A DNA stretch of 64,000 nt from Octopus sinensis (lineage: Eukaryota), in the NCBI RefSeq assembly GCF_006345805.1, contig NC_043000.1, positions 32,116,001 to 32,180,000 of the forward strand, written 5' to 3'. A model generated the notes under the pieces. That model worked only from the letters and a program-made list of their open reading frames with translations, made no database searches and had not been told where the DNA came from. This document shows, one piece after another, positions 62,981-64,000 of the stretch (the first letter of the stretch is position 1; every line of letters begins with the position of its first letter). Made by a program: the position numbers and the translations under genes.

Positions 62981-63192
62981 TGGTTTCAAATTTTGGCATA
63001 AGACCAGCGGGTTTGGGAAGGGGGTACATCGATTACACTGATCCCAGTGTTTCACTAGTACTTATTCTACTGACCCCAAAAGGATGAAAAGGTAAAGTCA
63101 ACAGAATTTGAACTCAGAGACGGATGAAATGCTACTAAGCATTTTGTCTGATGTGCATAAAAATATACCAGCTAATAATTATAATAATAATA

Positions 63193-64000
63193 GGAGGAAT
63201 ATTCCAGGGAGATACGCTCTCTCCACTCCTTTTCTGCTTGGCACTGACACCTCTGTCTGATATGCTAAATAGAACTGGATGCGGATACAAATGTTACGGC
63301 AAAATGATCAGCCACCTTTTATATATGGATGACCTAAAACTATACACTACAAATGATAAACAGCTGGAAACACTACTACAGACAATATAGAAATAGATAT
63401 GAAATTTGGATTAGAAAAATGTGCCAAAGCAACCCTGAAAAGAGGGAAACTAGTTAAGAATAGCAACATCATGCTAGATAAAGCCAATGAAATAAGAGAA
63501 TTAGACTAAAGCCAGACATACAAATATTTAGAAATCCATGAACTAGATAAGACACAACACACACAAATGAAAGAGAAAATAAAGAAAGAATACTACAGAC
63601 GAGTTAGATCAATAATAAAAACAGAGCTCAATGCTAAAAACAAGATAATAGGTATCAATACTCTAGCCGTCTCAGTTATAAGTTACAGCTACAATATCCT
63701 TAACTGGACACTAAATGAACTAACCAAAATAGACAGGAAAATAAGAAAAATAATGACAGGATCTAGGATTCACCGCCCAAAATCTGACATAGAAAGAGAA
63801 AAGATTGATAAATATGGAGACCTGAGAATTGAGATTACCAAGATGTGGCAGCTACGAGAGTCAAATATAAAGGTTATCTCTATTGTCATCAGAGCATTGG
63901 GTTCAATACCACCCAACCTGAAGAAACATCTGGACTCTTTAGAAATACTCTGCAAACTTGGTGTATTGCAAAAATTGGCTTTGTTTGAAACTGCACACAT
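63193..64000 (+). mobile_element. R4/Dong-like RT fragment fused to a REL C-terminus
   Basis: GIFQGDTLSPLLFCL, SHLLYMDDLKLY, GLEKCAK, YKYL, HRPKSDIER, then a jump to EKIDKYGDLRIEITKMW; starts at an (AAT)n array. Confidence 0.88.

Overview
AT-rich, repeat-saturated animal genomic DNA. The mix of tRNA-derived SINEs, (GAT)n-tailed RTE LINEs and very long TA/TACA/AAT microsatellites points to an octopus-type cephalopod; this is inferred, not database-checked. The only well-supported host gene is the 3' end of sorting nexin-14 (SNX14) on the minus strand: three coding exons (62018-62082, 26882-26973, 22855-22953) with matching splice phases, a ~35-kb intron and a ~3.9-kb intron. Almost all other ORF-track entries are microsatellite artefacts or decayed transposons: RTE, CR1/L2-like, Jockey-like and R4/Dong-like non-LTR elements; mariner, maT-like and Chapaev3-like DNA transposons; and at least five SINE families. 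The most notable unexplained structure is a set of TA-embedded, Penelope-like non-coding elements carrying hammerhead ribozyme motifs, including a 183-bp inverted repeat with a complete hammerhead in each arm (14406-14869). Also present: a SINE-LINE pair sharing a 3' tail, several fold-back duplications able to form dsRNA, short locally templated insertions, and weak signs of a second minus-strand transcription unit in the first 20 kb. No CRISPR, rRNA or bona fide tRNA gene was found.
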